From the NCBI GenBank assembly GCA_965205015.1, contig OZ242029.1:5590352-5654351 (forward strand): 64,000 nucleotides of DNA, given 5' to 3'. Source of the stretch: Candidatus Poribacteria bacterium (lineage in GTDB: Bacteria > Poribacteria > WGA-4E > WGA-3G). Positions within the stretch are counted from its first letter, which is position 1, and every line of letters begins with the position of its first letter. Below are positions 39,138 through 48,635 of the stretch, one piece after another. The position numbers and the translations under genes are program-made. Below the pieces are notes generated by a model, which saw nothing but the letters and a program-made list of their open reading frames with translations, had not been told where the DNA came from and did no database searches.

Positions 39138-40151
39138 ATGAAAATCGGTGAGGACTTAATTCAGAAAGTTTTACAGATACCACAAGTGGACCTCGGCCAC
39201 TTTCCAACACCGCTTGAGGAATGCCCACGACTCTCTGAGGCACTTAACGGTCCACGGATTTTCATGAAACGCGAAGACTGCTCGGGTCTGGCATTTGGTG
39301 GGAACAAGGTCCGACAGCTTACCTTCACCCTTGGTGATGCTGTTGCACAAGGCGCCGATACGATTGTTCATGGCGCGGCATCACAATCCAATCACTGTAG
39401 ACAAGCCGCCGCCGCTTGCGGTAAACTCGGACTCAACTGCTACTTGCGTCTCGCACGGGACCACAAGAGTATCGTTCAAGGCAACCTTCTGTTAGATAAC
39501 TTAGCAGGTGCCGAAGTCGAAGTTGTCGATGTCCCATTCGGTCCCGAATTAGATGCCGTAAAATACGAACTGGCGGAAGATCTTAAGAAACAAGGTCTGA
39601 AACCTTATGTCGTCGCTTCCCCGCGGTCCACTGCCCTTGCCGCCGTTGCTTTCACATGGTGCATCGCCGAAATTGCCCAACAGCAAGAACAGTTGGGTAT
39701 TGATGCCGATTGGATTTATACCGCTTCCGTAGGCGGTACACAGGCAGGTCTGGTCCTCGGCACCAAAACGCTTGGGCTGAAAATGAAACCCTTCGGTATT
39801 GCCCCCATTGTTTGGGAAAATAAACTTGAGCGGTTGAGTGGTGCTGCAAATAGTGCCGCCGACCTGTTAGGAGTCGACACCCGCGTTACCGAAGCAGATA
39901 TCCAAAACACAGATGACTACATCGGAGAGGCTTACGGCTATCTCACACCAGAATGTATTGATGCCCTCAAACTCGTCGCCAAAACGGAGGGTATCTTCCT
40001 TGACCCCGTCTACACCGCCAAAGCGATGGCATGCCTCATTGACCACATCCAAAAGGGCAAACTCGGACGCGACGACACTGTCATCTTCCTGCACACTGGC
40101 GGTACCCCGGCACTCTTTGCATACCATGAGGAATTAGTCGCCGATCTGTAG
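39138..40151 (+). CDS. D-cysteine desulfhydrase / ACC deaminase family PLP enzyme
   Basis: KREDCSGLAFGGNKVR, QSNH, LDPVYTAK, FLHTGG. Confidence 0.9.
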   Translation: MKIGEDLIQKVLQIPQVDLGHFPTPLEECPRLSEALNGPRIFMKREDCSGLAFGGNKVRQLTFTLGDAVAQGADTIVHGAASQSNHCRQAAAACGKLGLNCYLRLARDHKSIVQGNLLLDNLAGAEVEVVDVPFGPELDAVKYELAEDLKKQGLKPYVVASPRSTALAAVAFTWCIAEIAQQQEQLGIDADWIYTASVGGTQAGLVLGTKTLGLKMKPFGIAPIVWENKLERLSGAANSAADLLGVDTRVTEADIQNTDDYIGEAYGYLTPECIDALKLVAKTEGIFLDPVYTAKAMACLIDHIQKGKLGRDDTVIFLHTGGTPALFAYHEELVADL

Positions 40152-40259
40152 TCTCAATCTTCCATCCTTACAGTGCTGCTGGAAAATAGTGAGAACCCTC
40201 CTCATCAACTTCTACTTGACGATGAAATGCCCGGCACTTTTTTAGTAAAACCTTAAAAC

Positions 40260-40409
40260 ATGTCCTATATACGCTGCTCTCATGATAATCACTATAAATT
40301 TAGAAGCCGAATAACCGAATCAAATATTGAACGGTTTCGTTATGATAGCCTGATAAATGGCTTACCTCACGATGTTAAGGTCTATTATGATATACTTTAT
40401 AGTGAGTAA
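40260..40409 (+). pseudogene. 49-aa internally deleted paralog of CDS 40859-41767
   Basis: MSYIRCSHDNHYK|FRSRITESNIERFRYDSLINGLPHDVKVYYDILYSE matches the N-terminal 13 aa and the C-terminal ~37 aa of the 302-aa neighbour. Confidence 0.75.
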
Positions 40410-40417
40410 AGCGGAAA

Positions 40418-40837
40418 GTGAACCTTGATATGCACATTGGTGAATTGCCAAAGTGGTTAAAGGTAGTGAGCGAAAAATTACAGAAAGAGGGTCACACACC
40501 CGAAGTTGCAGATCAGGTGATTGTCAATGAATACCTGCCAGGACAAGGGATTTCGAGCCACATTGATTGTGAACCCTGTTTTAAGGATACGATTGTCTCC
40601 TTGAGTTTAGGGTCGGGTTGTGTGATGAACCTCACCAAGGCATCTGACAAAACGAAAAAGATTCCCATCTGGCTTGAACCGAGAAGTCTTGTCGTCCTGA
40701 GTGGTGAGGCGAGATCCGAATGGCTGCATGGTATTGCTGCCAGAAAATGGGATGAGTGGAATGGTCAGAAGCATGAGAGAAAGCGACGGGTATCGCTAAC
40801 ATTTAGGAAGGTTATTATAGAAACAACGAAAAACTAA
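40418..40837 (+). CDS. AlkB-family 2OG-Fe(II) dioxygenase, probably 5'-truncated
   Basis: VNEYLPGQGISSHID, SLSLGS, WLHGI, RVSLTFR; the usual N-terminal ~50-60 aa are missing. Confidence 0.78.
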   Translation: MNLDMHIGELPKWLKVVSEKLQKEGHTPEVADQVIVNEYLPGQGISSHIDCEPCFKDTIVSLSLGSGCVMNLTKASDKTKKIPIWLEPRSLVVLSGEARSEWLHGIAARKWDEWNGQKHERKRRVSLTFRKVIIETTKN

Positions 40838-40858
40838 AGAGAGAAGGATCCTCAACGT

Positions 40859-41767
40859 TTGCCTTACATATATTGCTCCCACGATAATCACTATAAACCC
40901 AGTGAAAGCCTAAAGCATCTGTTTGAAGAACTCATCGAAAAACCCTTTGAACACGATCTACCGGCACTCTCGGAAGACGTTAAAAATAACAGAATATACT
41001 ACTGGGAAGATATCGCGCGCATTCTCAGCCAAGGACAGAGCGACTTTGATGAAACATCTTATGATAAACCCTCCAATGAATATTATTTCCCAAAAGACAA
41101 GGTATCTATCTATTGTGTCCATCACATGCCGAGGCATCTTTTTGGCTCTTACCACATCTTTACGAATTGCCTCACACCGATAAGCAAAAAGAATAGAGTC
41201 GTGTTCATCGACTTCGGTTGCGGTCCCCTAACTTCAGGTATCGCTTTTCGAGCGTTTGCAGGAGAGTGCGACATCACTTACCTCGGAATTGATAGTTCGC
41301 AAACGATGCTTCATAAAGCAGAAGCAATCAACACATACGGTCCCAACACGTATAGAGAACCTTTCTTTGACAAAATTGCGTTAATTCGCGACGCCGATGC
41401 TTTGCCCCGATTACTGGACAGATATATCGAAAAGGGGGATAGGACACAGATTATATTTAATTTCTGCTATTTTTTCTCGAGTCCGACATTAGACATTGAT
41501 GGCTTATCCGATGTACTCCTCCAGATGATGACAGCATACACTCAGCATAAACTATGTTTTATATACCAAAATCCCGATCATCGACCGTTGTCCGGTGCCC
41601 GTCGTTTGAAATTGTATGGCAAGTGGGAAAAACTTAAAACGAATCTTTCGACCTTTAGAAGTCAAGAAATCCAATCAGACGCTGAAACGTTCTCTTATCA
41701 TAGACTCATAAATGGTTTACTGCACGATAGTGCCAAAGTCTACTATGAGATACTCCGAGGCAAATAA
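40859..41767 (+). CDS. Putative class I SAM-dependent methyltransferase
   Basis: FIDFGCGPLT motif I and YLGIDSS..ML motif II; TTG start; AT-rich. Confidence 0.7.
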   Translation: MPYIYCSHDNHYKPSESLKHLFEELIEKPFEHDLPALSEDVKNNRIYYWEDIARILSQGQSDFDETSYDKPSNEYYFPKDKVSIYCVHHMPRHLFGSYHIFTNCLTPISKKNRVVFIDFGCGPLTSGIAFRAFAGECDITYLGIDSSQTMLHKAEAINTYGPNTYREPFFDKIALIRDADALPRLLDRYIEKGDRTQIIFNFCYFFSSPTLDIDGLSDVLLQMMTAYTQHKLCFIYQNPDHRPLSGARRLKLYGKWEKLKTNLSTFRSQEIQSDAETFSYHRLINGLLHDSAKVYYEILRGK

Positions 41768-41794
41768 AAAAGGCGCGGTCTGTCGACCGCGCCT
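41765..41794 (-). terminator. Rho-independent terminator
   Basis: aggcgcggtc-tgtc-gaccgcgcct 10-bp stem with a U-run on the minus strand, between convergent genes. Confidence 0.75.
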
Positions 41795-41815
41795 CATGAA
41801 ACTGAACGAACGTTT

Positions 41816-42481
41816 TTAGAACCGTTCCGCTTTAATCTCGCCCCACTGCGTCGCCAATTTCTCTCTGGGGTCAACGGGGAAAGGCGTCTCTCGATTTAAA
41901 TCATCTTCGGGTTCACCTTCAAAGTAGCGGAAATTATCAATCCAGAAATCGACATCCGATTGGGCAATAGATAAACCCACCCACATGTCCCTTTCAACAT
42001 CGGCGTTTGAATTGAAAGTAATATGGTACTCCTCCCATTCCTTTCCTAATAGATTGATAGCACCGCCTTGGTAGAAAGTCCACGGATCGTGTTGCATCTG
42101 GACGCTGAGTTGCACCTCGCGCGGTTTCTCGGCACGCGCCCAAAAAATCACGGTATACGTTTCACCGGATTTCATCGAGGCATCCTTTTGCCGAACCTTC
42201 GCATGCCATGCGGTCCCTGTTGCTTTATGCCCGATAACTTTGAGCGACTGCTTTCCGTGTTGCGGGTTCTTCTTATCGATTTCCATCGTATAGAGTCCAC
42301 CCCGTCCACAACACGCGCCGTCTTCTAACCCCCAAGCGGCTAAATCCTCTTCAAAACTGTGATTTTCGAGGAGGAGTTCGCCTTCCTTCCATTTCCCCCA
42401 ATCCTGTGGGGTACCAGCGAAAGCACTGAAGCCTATAAGCAGCGTGAAGATGCAAACGCTTATAGTAACAGATTTCGTCAC
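41816..42481 (-). CDS. Secreted CBM4/9-like carbohydrate-binding protein with C-terminal WGxxK motif
   Basis: NHSFE, YTVIFWARAEKPR, WEEYHITF, FWIDN; AAGGAG before GTG 42481; tail PVDPREKLATQWGEIK. Confidence 0.8.
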   Translation of the reverse strand: MTKSVTISVCIFTLLIGFSAFAGTPQDWGKWKEGELLLENHSFEEDLAAWGLEDGACCGRGGLYTMEIDKKNPQHGKQSLKVIGHKATGTAWHAKVRQKDASMKSGETYTVIFWARAEKPREVQLSVQMQHDPWTFYQGGAINLLGKEWEEYHITFNSNADVERDMWVGLSIAQSDVDFWIDNFRYFEGEPEDDLNRETPFPVDPREKLATQWGEIKAERF

Positions 42482-42521
42482 GTTAACTTTCTCCTTTGTG
42501 TCCGAAAGCACATCTATAAAA

Positions 42522-42890
42522 TTAGTCTTCGCTTCGCATCAAGGATTCCACCTCAGACAGCACCTGTGTCACGGCGGTTTGATCGACCGCTTCAGCAACA
42601 CCGGCGTACCCTGCCGTGTGAATCATCTCCACGAGATTTTGCCCTAATTGTTCAATCGTCCATGCGACTGAATCCGGCACACTCGCTTTATCGAGGGACC
42701 GCTGATCATTCTTTCCAGAGGGATCGTAATGATAGTGCGGATCCTTGCGAAAACAGTCAAAGCGGAGCAACTGAATATTGTCACCGTCCACCTCGCCATA
42801 AACACGGACAGAGGGACCGCCATCTGATCCGAAATTGCGTTTGTCGACATGAAGTTCAATACCACCGACCTCGAACACTTTTTCATTCAT
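42522..42890 (-). CDS. Conserved hypothetical protein
   Basis: 122-aa ORF with an LLRFDCF..PHYHY motif, co-oriented with its neighbour. Confidence 0.75.
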   Translation of the reverse strand: MNEKVFEVGGIELHVDKRNFGSDGGPSVRVYGEVDGDNIQLLRFDCFRKDPHYHYDPSGKNDQRSLDKASVPDSVAWTIEQLGQNLVEMIHTAGYAGVAEAVDQTAVTQVLSEVESLMRSED

Positions 42891-43038
42891 CGCTTTTCCC
42901 CCAACGTTGAAAAATATAGGAACATTATATATTCACAACCATCACTGTGTCAATAGAAAAAACCATTTCGGCGTACGTATTAATTAATTTCTCGCACTTC
43001 GCAAGAATTCTTTTTTATAGTTTTTACTATAAAAAAAC

Positions 43039-43067
43039 TTGCAATAAATATAGGGATGTGATATACT
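43039..43067 (+). promoter_or_regulatory. Sigma70 promoter TTGCAA-N17-TATACT (extended TG) for moaA
   Basis: AT-rich UP region; ends 35 nt before the moaA ATG. Confidence 0.6.
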
Positions 43068-43101
43068 ATTAATAAATTTGAATCCGACTGTTTGAATCAA
43101 T

Positions 43102-44097
43102 ATGAAACAACAGATGCTCGACCGCTTTGGACGGATCCATACGAATCTCAGAATCTCAGTTACAGATGTATGTAACTTCCGTTGCATCTACTGTATGCCA
43201 GAAGACATGACCTTCATGCCAGACGCGGCACTCATGACGTTCGACGAGATTCTGCATCTCACTCGCATTTTCGTCGCGTTGGGTATTAACAAGGTTCGTA
43301 TTACCGGCGGTGAGCCACTTGTCCGTCCCGAGGTGCCTACACTCATAAGGCGATTGACGCAAGTGGAAGCGCTTAAAGACATTAGCTTGACAACAAATGG
43401 CATCGGTCTCGTCAACCAAGCACAAGCACTTTACGATGCTGGGCTTCGCCGTATCAACGTCAGTCTGGATACACTCAACGAAGAGAAGTTCGAGCAGATG
43501 ACGCGTAGGAAGGTACTCTCACGCGTGCTTGAAGGGCTTAAAACCGCACACGACTGTGGTTTCAACCCGATAAAAGTCAACGCTGTCGCAATGCGAGGTT
43601 TTACCGACGATGAGATTGTTGATTTAGCCACCTTCGCACGTCAAAACGAGTATCAACTCCGATTCATCGAATTTATGCCGCTCGATGCCGATGATGTGTG
43701 GGGACGGAACATGTATATCCCCGGAAAAGAGATTATCGGAAAAATTAACGCCGTCTATCCGCTCACACCGGTAACCTTAAACGGCGAGTCAAAAAGCGAT
43801 ACCGCCCAACGGTATCGTTTCTCGGATAACGGAAACGAGGTAGGGGTCATCCCCTCCGTGAGCGAACCGTTTTGTGAAAACTGTAACCGGGTGCGCCTGA
43901 CTGCTGACGGAAAGTTTCGGACCTGCCTCTTTTCATTGACGGAAACAGATCTGCTGACGCCGCTACGCGAAGGGGCGTCAGATGAAGCAATTGCGGCGTT
44001 AATCCTCAATGCAGTCGCACAAAAAGAAGCAGGGCATAAGATTAACGCATCAGACTTCATTAAACCCGAAAGAAATATGTCAAGAATCGGTGGATAA
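43102..44097 (+). CDS. moaA: GTP 3',8-cyclase (molybdenum cofactor biosynthesis)
   Basis: LRISVTDVCNFRCIYCMP radical-SAM motif; FCENCNRVR...C; C-terminal IGG. Confidence 0.96.
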   Translation: MKQQMLDRFGRIHTNLRISVTDVCNFRCIYCMPEDMTFMPDAALMTFDEILHLTRIFVALGINKVRITGGEPLVRPEVPTLIRRLTQVEALKDISLTTNGIGLVNQAQALYDAGLRRINVSLDTLNEEKFEQMTRRKVLSRVLEGLKTAHDCGFNPIKVNAVAMRGFTDDEIVDLATFARQNEYQLRFIEFMPLDADDVWGRNMYIPGKEIIGKINAVYPLTPVTLNGESKSDTAQRYRFSDNGNEVGVIPSVSEPFCENCNRVRLTADGKFRTCLFSLTETDLLTPLREGASDEAIAALILNAVAQKEAGHKINASDFIKPERNMSRIGG

Positions 44098-44300
44098 GCA
44101 CTAAAATCAGAGGTACTTGGATATCAACTCTCAATCCAACCCATAAAACTTGAAAGTTGTAACCTTGACACGCATACCGATACGTTACAGGAGCAAAATG
44201 TATCGGTACATCTGGCGGAAAATTGAATCGGTTAACAACAGTAGTCAAAATAAAATGTGTTCGCAAATAGCAAAGTACTAAAGGAGTCCGAAACTAAAAA

Positions 44301-45086
44301 ATGAACAACGAGATGATAATTAAAGACTTGCATATCAGTGTGCAAGAAAAACCAATTATCAAAGGATTAAACTTAACCGTCAAACAAGGTGAAATCCACG
44401 CGCTGATGGGTCCAAACGGCTCCGGCAAAAGCACCCTCGCGAACGGCTTGATGGGACATCCTCTCTACGATATTGATTCCGGCGAAGTGATTTTTAACGG
44501 GATCGATATTCTGGAGTTGGACCCGAATGATCGAGCGAAACTCGGACTTTTCCTCGCCTTTCAGTACCCAACCGCGATCCCTGGAGTGAGCTTAGCAAAT
44601 TTCCTACGGCTTGCAGTGAGCGCAGTCCGTGCCAAAGAAGGGAATGGTTCCAGCAACGATGGACTCATCCCGATGCGCGAATTTCGCCGTGAACTTCGCG
44701 AAAAAATGAAACAACTCGGTATCGACGATTCTTTCGCAAGGCGATACCTTAATGATGGGTTTTCGGGTGGTGAAAAAAAACGCGCCGAGATTCTACAACT
44801 CGCAATGCTTGAACCCAAAATTGCGATCCTCGATGAGACGGATTCCGGGTTGGACATTGATGCTATCCGAGTTGTGGGTGAAAGTGTCAGCCAATTGATT
44901 GGACCGGAATTAGGCGTGCTGATCATCACACACTACCCGCGGTTATTGGACTACATCCGCCCGCAGTTCGTGCACATCCTGCTCGACGGTAAAATCGTTG
45001 AATCAGGGGGTTGGGAACTCACACAGATGTTAGAAGCAGAAGGCTACGATCCGATGCGTGAAAAACACGGCATTATTGAGGGTTAA
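44301..45086 (+). CDS. sufC: Fe-S assembly ATPase SufC
   Basis: GPNGSGKST, FLAFQYP, FSGGEKKR, LDETDSGLD. Confidence 0.96.
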   Translation: MNNEMIIKDLHISVQEKPIIKGLNLTVKQGEIHALMGPNGSGKSTLANGLMGHPLYDIDSGEVIFNGIDILELDPNDRAKLGLFLAFQYPTAIPGVSLANFLRLAVSAVRAKEGNGSSNDGLIPMREFRRELREKMKQLGIDDSFARRYLNDGFSGGEKKRAEILQLAMLEPKIAILDETDSGLDIDAIRVVGESVSQLIGPELGVLIITHYPRLLDYIRPQFVHILLDGKIVESGGWELTQMLEAEGYDPMREKHGIIEG

Positions 45087-45132
45087 TTCGGAGCGGCGAG
45101 CAGCACCCCGCTAACATAATAGGAGACGTGAA

Positions 45133-46551
45133 ATGGCAAATTCTGAAACGAACACCATAGAAGAACTCGGAATTAGTAAAGAATATCAATACGGATTCCA
45201 CGATGATGTTAACCCCACATTCAAGTCCCGAAAGGGGTTGGATGAAGAGGTCATCAATCAGATGTGCGACATCAAAGGGGAACCCGACTGGATGCGCCAG
45301 TATCGGCTTGATGCCTATAAGATTTTCAAGCAGAAGCCGATGACGAAATGGGGGGGCGACCTTTCCCAACTCGATTTTGACGACATCTACTATTACGTCA
45401 AAGCCTCTGACCGGAGCGAGCGGAGTTGGGACGATGTACCCGACGACATCAAAAAGACCTTTGACCGACTTGGTATCCCGGAAGCCGAAAGAAAGTTCCT
45501 CGCAGGTGTCGGCGCGCAGTACGACTCAGAAGTCGTTTACCATAACATCGTTGAGGAACTGGACAAAATCGGTGTGGTTTTCCTCGATACCGATACCGCT
45601 CTTAAAGAGTATCCCGACCTGGTGAAGAAATACTTCGGCACCATCATTCCATCTGCGGACAATCAGTTCGCGGCACTCAACAGTGCAGTATGGAGCGGTG
45701 GAAGTTTCGTGTATGTTCCACCCGGTGTAAAGGTAGAATACCCTCTGCAAGCCTACTTCCGAATCAACAGTGAGAACATGGGGCAGTTTGAACGCACGCT
45801 CATTATCGCCGATGAAGGATCCCAAGTTCATTACGTTGAGGGGTGTACCGCACCGACGTATAGCAGCGAGTCCTTACACAGCGCCGTCGTCGAGATTGTT
45901 TGCATGAAAGGGTCTCGAGTCCGCTACACGACTATTCAGAACTGGGCAAACAATGTATATAATCTCGTCACGAAACGCGCATTTGCCTATGAGGACGCTC
46001 AGATGGAGTGGGTCGATGGCAATCTCGGCAGTAAGTTGACGATGAAGTACCCGAGCGTCTATATGATGGAGCCTGGTGCGCGCGGCGACATTCTCTCCAT
46101 CGCGTTCGCAAGCAAGGGACAGCACCAAGATGCTGGCGCAAAAGTCTATCATTGCGCACCGCATACCACGTCGCAGATAACCTCAAAGAGTATCAGCAAA
46201 GATGGCGGTAGATCCAGTTATCGCGGGTGGGTCGATGTCGCGAAAGGCGCCAAGGGATGTAAATCACACGTCGTCTGCGATGCACTTATTCTTGATAAAG
46301 ACTCCCGTTCAGACACCTATCCGGTTATTGAGATCGGTGAGAACGATACGAACATTGAACACGAGGCGCGTGTCAGTAAAATCGGAGAAGAACAACTGTT
46401 CTACCTGATGAGCCGTGGGCTTTCGGAAGAAGAGGCTTCCACAATGATCGTCAATGGGTTCATTGAGCCGCTCGTCAAGGAACTTCCAATGGAATATGCC
46501 GTCGAAATGAATCGCCTCATCCAACTTCAGATGGAAGGTTCAGTAGGTTAA
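45133..46551 (+). CDS. sufB: Fe-S assembly scaffold SufB
   Basis: [41 protein letters not shown]. Confidence 0.96.
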   Translation: MANSETNTIEELGISKEYQYGFHDDVNPTFKSRKGLDEEVINQMCDIKGEPDWMRQYRLDAYKIFKQKPMTKWGGDLSQLDFDDIYYYVKASDRSERSWDDVPDDIKKTFDRLGIPEAERKFLAGVGAQYDSEVVYHNIVEELDKIGVVFLDTDTALKEYPDLVKKYFGTIIPSADNQFAALNSAVWSGGSFVYVPPGVKVEYPLQAYFRINSENMGQFERTLIIADEGSQVHYVEGCTAPTYSSESLHSAVVEIVCMKGSRVRYTTIQNWANNVYNLVTKRAFAYEDAQMEWVDGNLGSKLTMKYPSVYMMEPGARGDILSIAFASKGQHQDAGAKVYHCAPHTTSQITSKSISKDGGRSSYRGWVDVAKGAKGCKSHVVCDALILDKDSRSDTYPVIEIGENDTNIEHEARVSKIGEEQLFYLMSRGLSEEEASTMIVNGFIEPLVKELPMEYAVEMNRLIQLQMEGSVG

Positions 46552-46684
46552 TGGTTGTCAGTTTTCGGTTATCGGTTAAGAGTGTTACCTGTAACAATTC
46601 ATGTACACTTGGAGTATCCAGAGTTAGATGAATTGTTACGGGTGCCTCCTTAACTAAGAACTAACAACTGATAACCGATAACCA
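46552..46684. repeat. ~130-bp palindromic element with (C/T)GGTTAT-type heptamer arms
   Basis: Outer arms ggttgtcagttttcggttatcggttaag / cttaac...ctgataaccgataacc; inner IR acctgtaacaattcat/atgaattgttacgggt; relatives at 48063, 54928 and 60369. Confidence 0.8.
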
Positions 46685-46703
46685 ATAAAGGATAAAAATA
46701 AAA

Positions 46704-48065
46704 TTGCAAAAGGGACACTTTTCAAAAGAATTTCTCCAACAGATAGCAGCAACTGAACCAGAATGGATGCGTAAGAAACGGCTGGAGGCTTACGCACTTT
46801 ATGAATCTTTACCGATGCCGCACACGACGAAAGATGATGTGTGGCGACGCACCGTTGATATGCGAACCCAAGACTATTGGCGGCGCACTCGGCGACATCT
46901 CCGCGGTTTGGCACTCGAAAAATATTATCCAAGTGCTCCAACAAACGGTAAATCACCCGCCGAGAATTTAAATGACAACCACGAAGAAACAGCGGGCGTG
47001 CTTGTGCAAGTTGATGGACACCTCCAACACAGCTCCGCCACTGCAACACTGAAAAAAAAAGGGGTATACTTCGCACATCTCCACACAGCACTGCAAGAGC
47101 AACCAGAACTGCTTCGTACTTACTTTATGAGTAAGGCAGTAACCTTGGAAACAACGTTAAAAAGCGGGAATATTGCCCAACATAACAAATTTGATGCGCT
47201 TCACTGCGCCTTTTGGCAAGGGGGTTACCTCCTGCATGTCCCTAAAGGAGTCAGAGTCGAAGTTCCGCTGCGGGTGTATATCAAGATGGCCGAGGCGGAA
47301 CATGCCGATCTATCGCATACGCTTATCATTGCCGAAGAGGGAAGTCAGGTTGTAATCTTGGAGGACAATTCATCAACAGATCCAAATGCCAGTGGCTTAC
47401 ACAGTGGCGCTGTAGAAATTTTTGCGGAACAGAATGCGAACGTGACTTACGTGCAAGTTCAACAGTGGAATCGTCATGTTTGGAACTTCGCCTCGCATCG
47501 TGCTATGGTTGCCAGAGACGCGCAGCTCTGCTGGGTAACCGCCACTTTCGGCGGCAGGTTAAACAAAATAAACCAGGCTGTTGTCTTAGAAGGTGCCGGA
47601 TGTACCGCCCAAATGTTGGGATTGGCTTTCACCGATGCCCGGCAACATCTGGATGTCAGTACTGCCCAAGAACACATTTCACCGCACACCTCCAGTGATC
47701 TGCTCTATCGGACAGTCCTGAAAGATAGATCGCAGACAGCATGGGGTGGAAACATTTACGTTTATCCGTCGGCAAACCACACCGACGCCTACCAGAAAAA
47801 TGACAATTTGCTGCTGAGCGAGCGGGCGCATGCGGATACGCTGCCCGGATTGGAAATTCAAGCACACGAGGTCCGTTGCACACACGGGGCAACCGCTGGA
47901 AAGATCGATGCCGAGCAGATTTTTTATCTAATGAGCCGTGGTGTGCCGTACGCACAAGCAGAAAAATTGATTGTTGACGGGTTTTTTGCACCCGTCATGG
48001 AACGTATTCCCTTGGAATCCGTTCGCGAAGAATTGAGTACATCCGTGGCGCGCAAACTTGAATAG
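46704..48065 (+). CDS. sufD: Fe-S assembly protein SufD
   Basis: NDNLLLS, DTLPGLEI, VRCTHGAT, FYLMSRG; position in the operon. Confidence 0.92.
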   Translation: MQKGHFSKEFLQQIAATEPEWMRKKRLEAYALYESLPMPHTTKDDVWRRTVDMRTQDYWRRTRRHLRGLALEKYYPSAPTNGKSPAENLNDNHEETAGVLVQVDGHLQHSSATATLKKKGVYFAHLHTALQEQPELLRTYFMSKAVTLETTLKSGNIAQHNKFDALHCAFWQGGYLLHVPKGVRVEVPLRVYIKMAEAEHADLSHTLIIAEEGSQVVILEDNSSTDPNASGLHSGAVEIFAEQNANVTYVQVQQWNRHVWNFASHRAMVARDAQLCWVTATFGGRLNKINQAVVLEGAGCTAQMLGLAFTDARQHLDVSTAQEHISPHTSSDLLYRTVLKDRSQTAWGGNIYVYPSANHTDAYQKNDNLLLSERAHADTLPGLEIQAHEVRCTHGATAGKIDAEQIFYLMSRGVPYAQAEKLIVDGFFAPVMERIPLESVREELSTSVARKLE

Positions 48066-48158
48066 TCGTCAGTCTTCGGTTATCGGTTGTCGGTTAAAGT
48101 CTCACATCAACTGATAATCAAAAACTGAAATGACTGAAAACTGAAAACCGATAACCTC
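48063..48158. repeat. Heptamer-armed palindromic element
   Basis: gtcagtcttcggttatcggttgtcggtt ... aactgaaaactgaaaaccgataacc. Confidence 0.75.
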
Positions 48159-48179
48159 TAAAAAAAGGAGTAACTCACA

Positions 48180-48521
48180 ATGAGTCAACCCAAAATTATC
48201 GCTTACATGAAGCCTGTCTGCGGTTGGAGCAATGGTGTCCGTGCCATCTTCGCCAAATACGGTTTGGACTATGAAGATAGAGACATCATTAACAACGAAA
48301 ATAACTATCGTGAAATGGTCCAGAAGACGCGACAGCCTTATCAGCCGTGCGTCCAGATCGACGATATAATGCTCGCCGATGTCAGTGGCGATGAAGTCGA
48401 ACACTATCTGGTTTCAGAAGGGATTGTCAAATCCAGTGATGCTGAAACCGATGTTCCGACCGATCAGGCGTGTGAGGATCATGGGCCTGCTGCTGTCAGT
48501 ATTGGGTTCCCAAGCAGATAG
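48180..48521 (+). CDS. Monothiol glutaredoxin-like protein (CGWS)
   Basis: KPVCGWS..VRAIF, QPYQPCV; AAGGAG RBS. Confidence 0.82.
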   Translation: MSQPKIIAYMKPVCGWSNGVRAIFAKYGLDYEDRDIINNENNYREMVQKTRQPYQPCVQIDDIMLADVSGDEVEHYLVSEGIVKSSDAETDVPTDQACEDHGPAAVSIGFPSR

Positions 48522-48538
48522 GAGCATGGACAAAGGCA

Positions 48539-48608
48539 AGGTTGGAAGAGACTTCGATGGAGGGATGGAAGGATGGATGTCCGCAACCTTCCAAGCTTCC
48601 AACCTTCT
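48539..48608. repeat. GGAAG/CTTCC palindromic intergenic element
   Basis: aggttggaag...ggaagg / ccttcc...cttccaacct. Confidence 0.6.
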
Positions 48609-48635
48609 ATTTTTGGATTCATCCCTACTTAGGTA

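Noticed and set aside
44225-44255. Possible Rrf2/IscR-type operator upstream of sufC (gttaacaacagtagtcaaaata)
   Set aside because: Only one half-site resembles the consensus and no regulator gene is in the window.
46830-46895. Duplicated DxWRRT motif at the SufD N-terminus
   Set aside because: Short and diverged at the DNA level; no functional claim can be supported.
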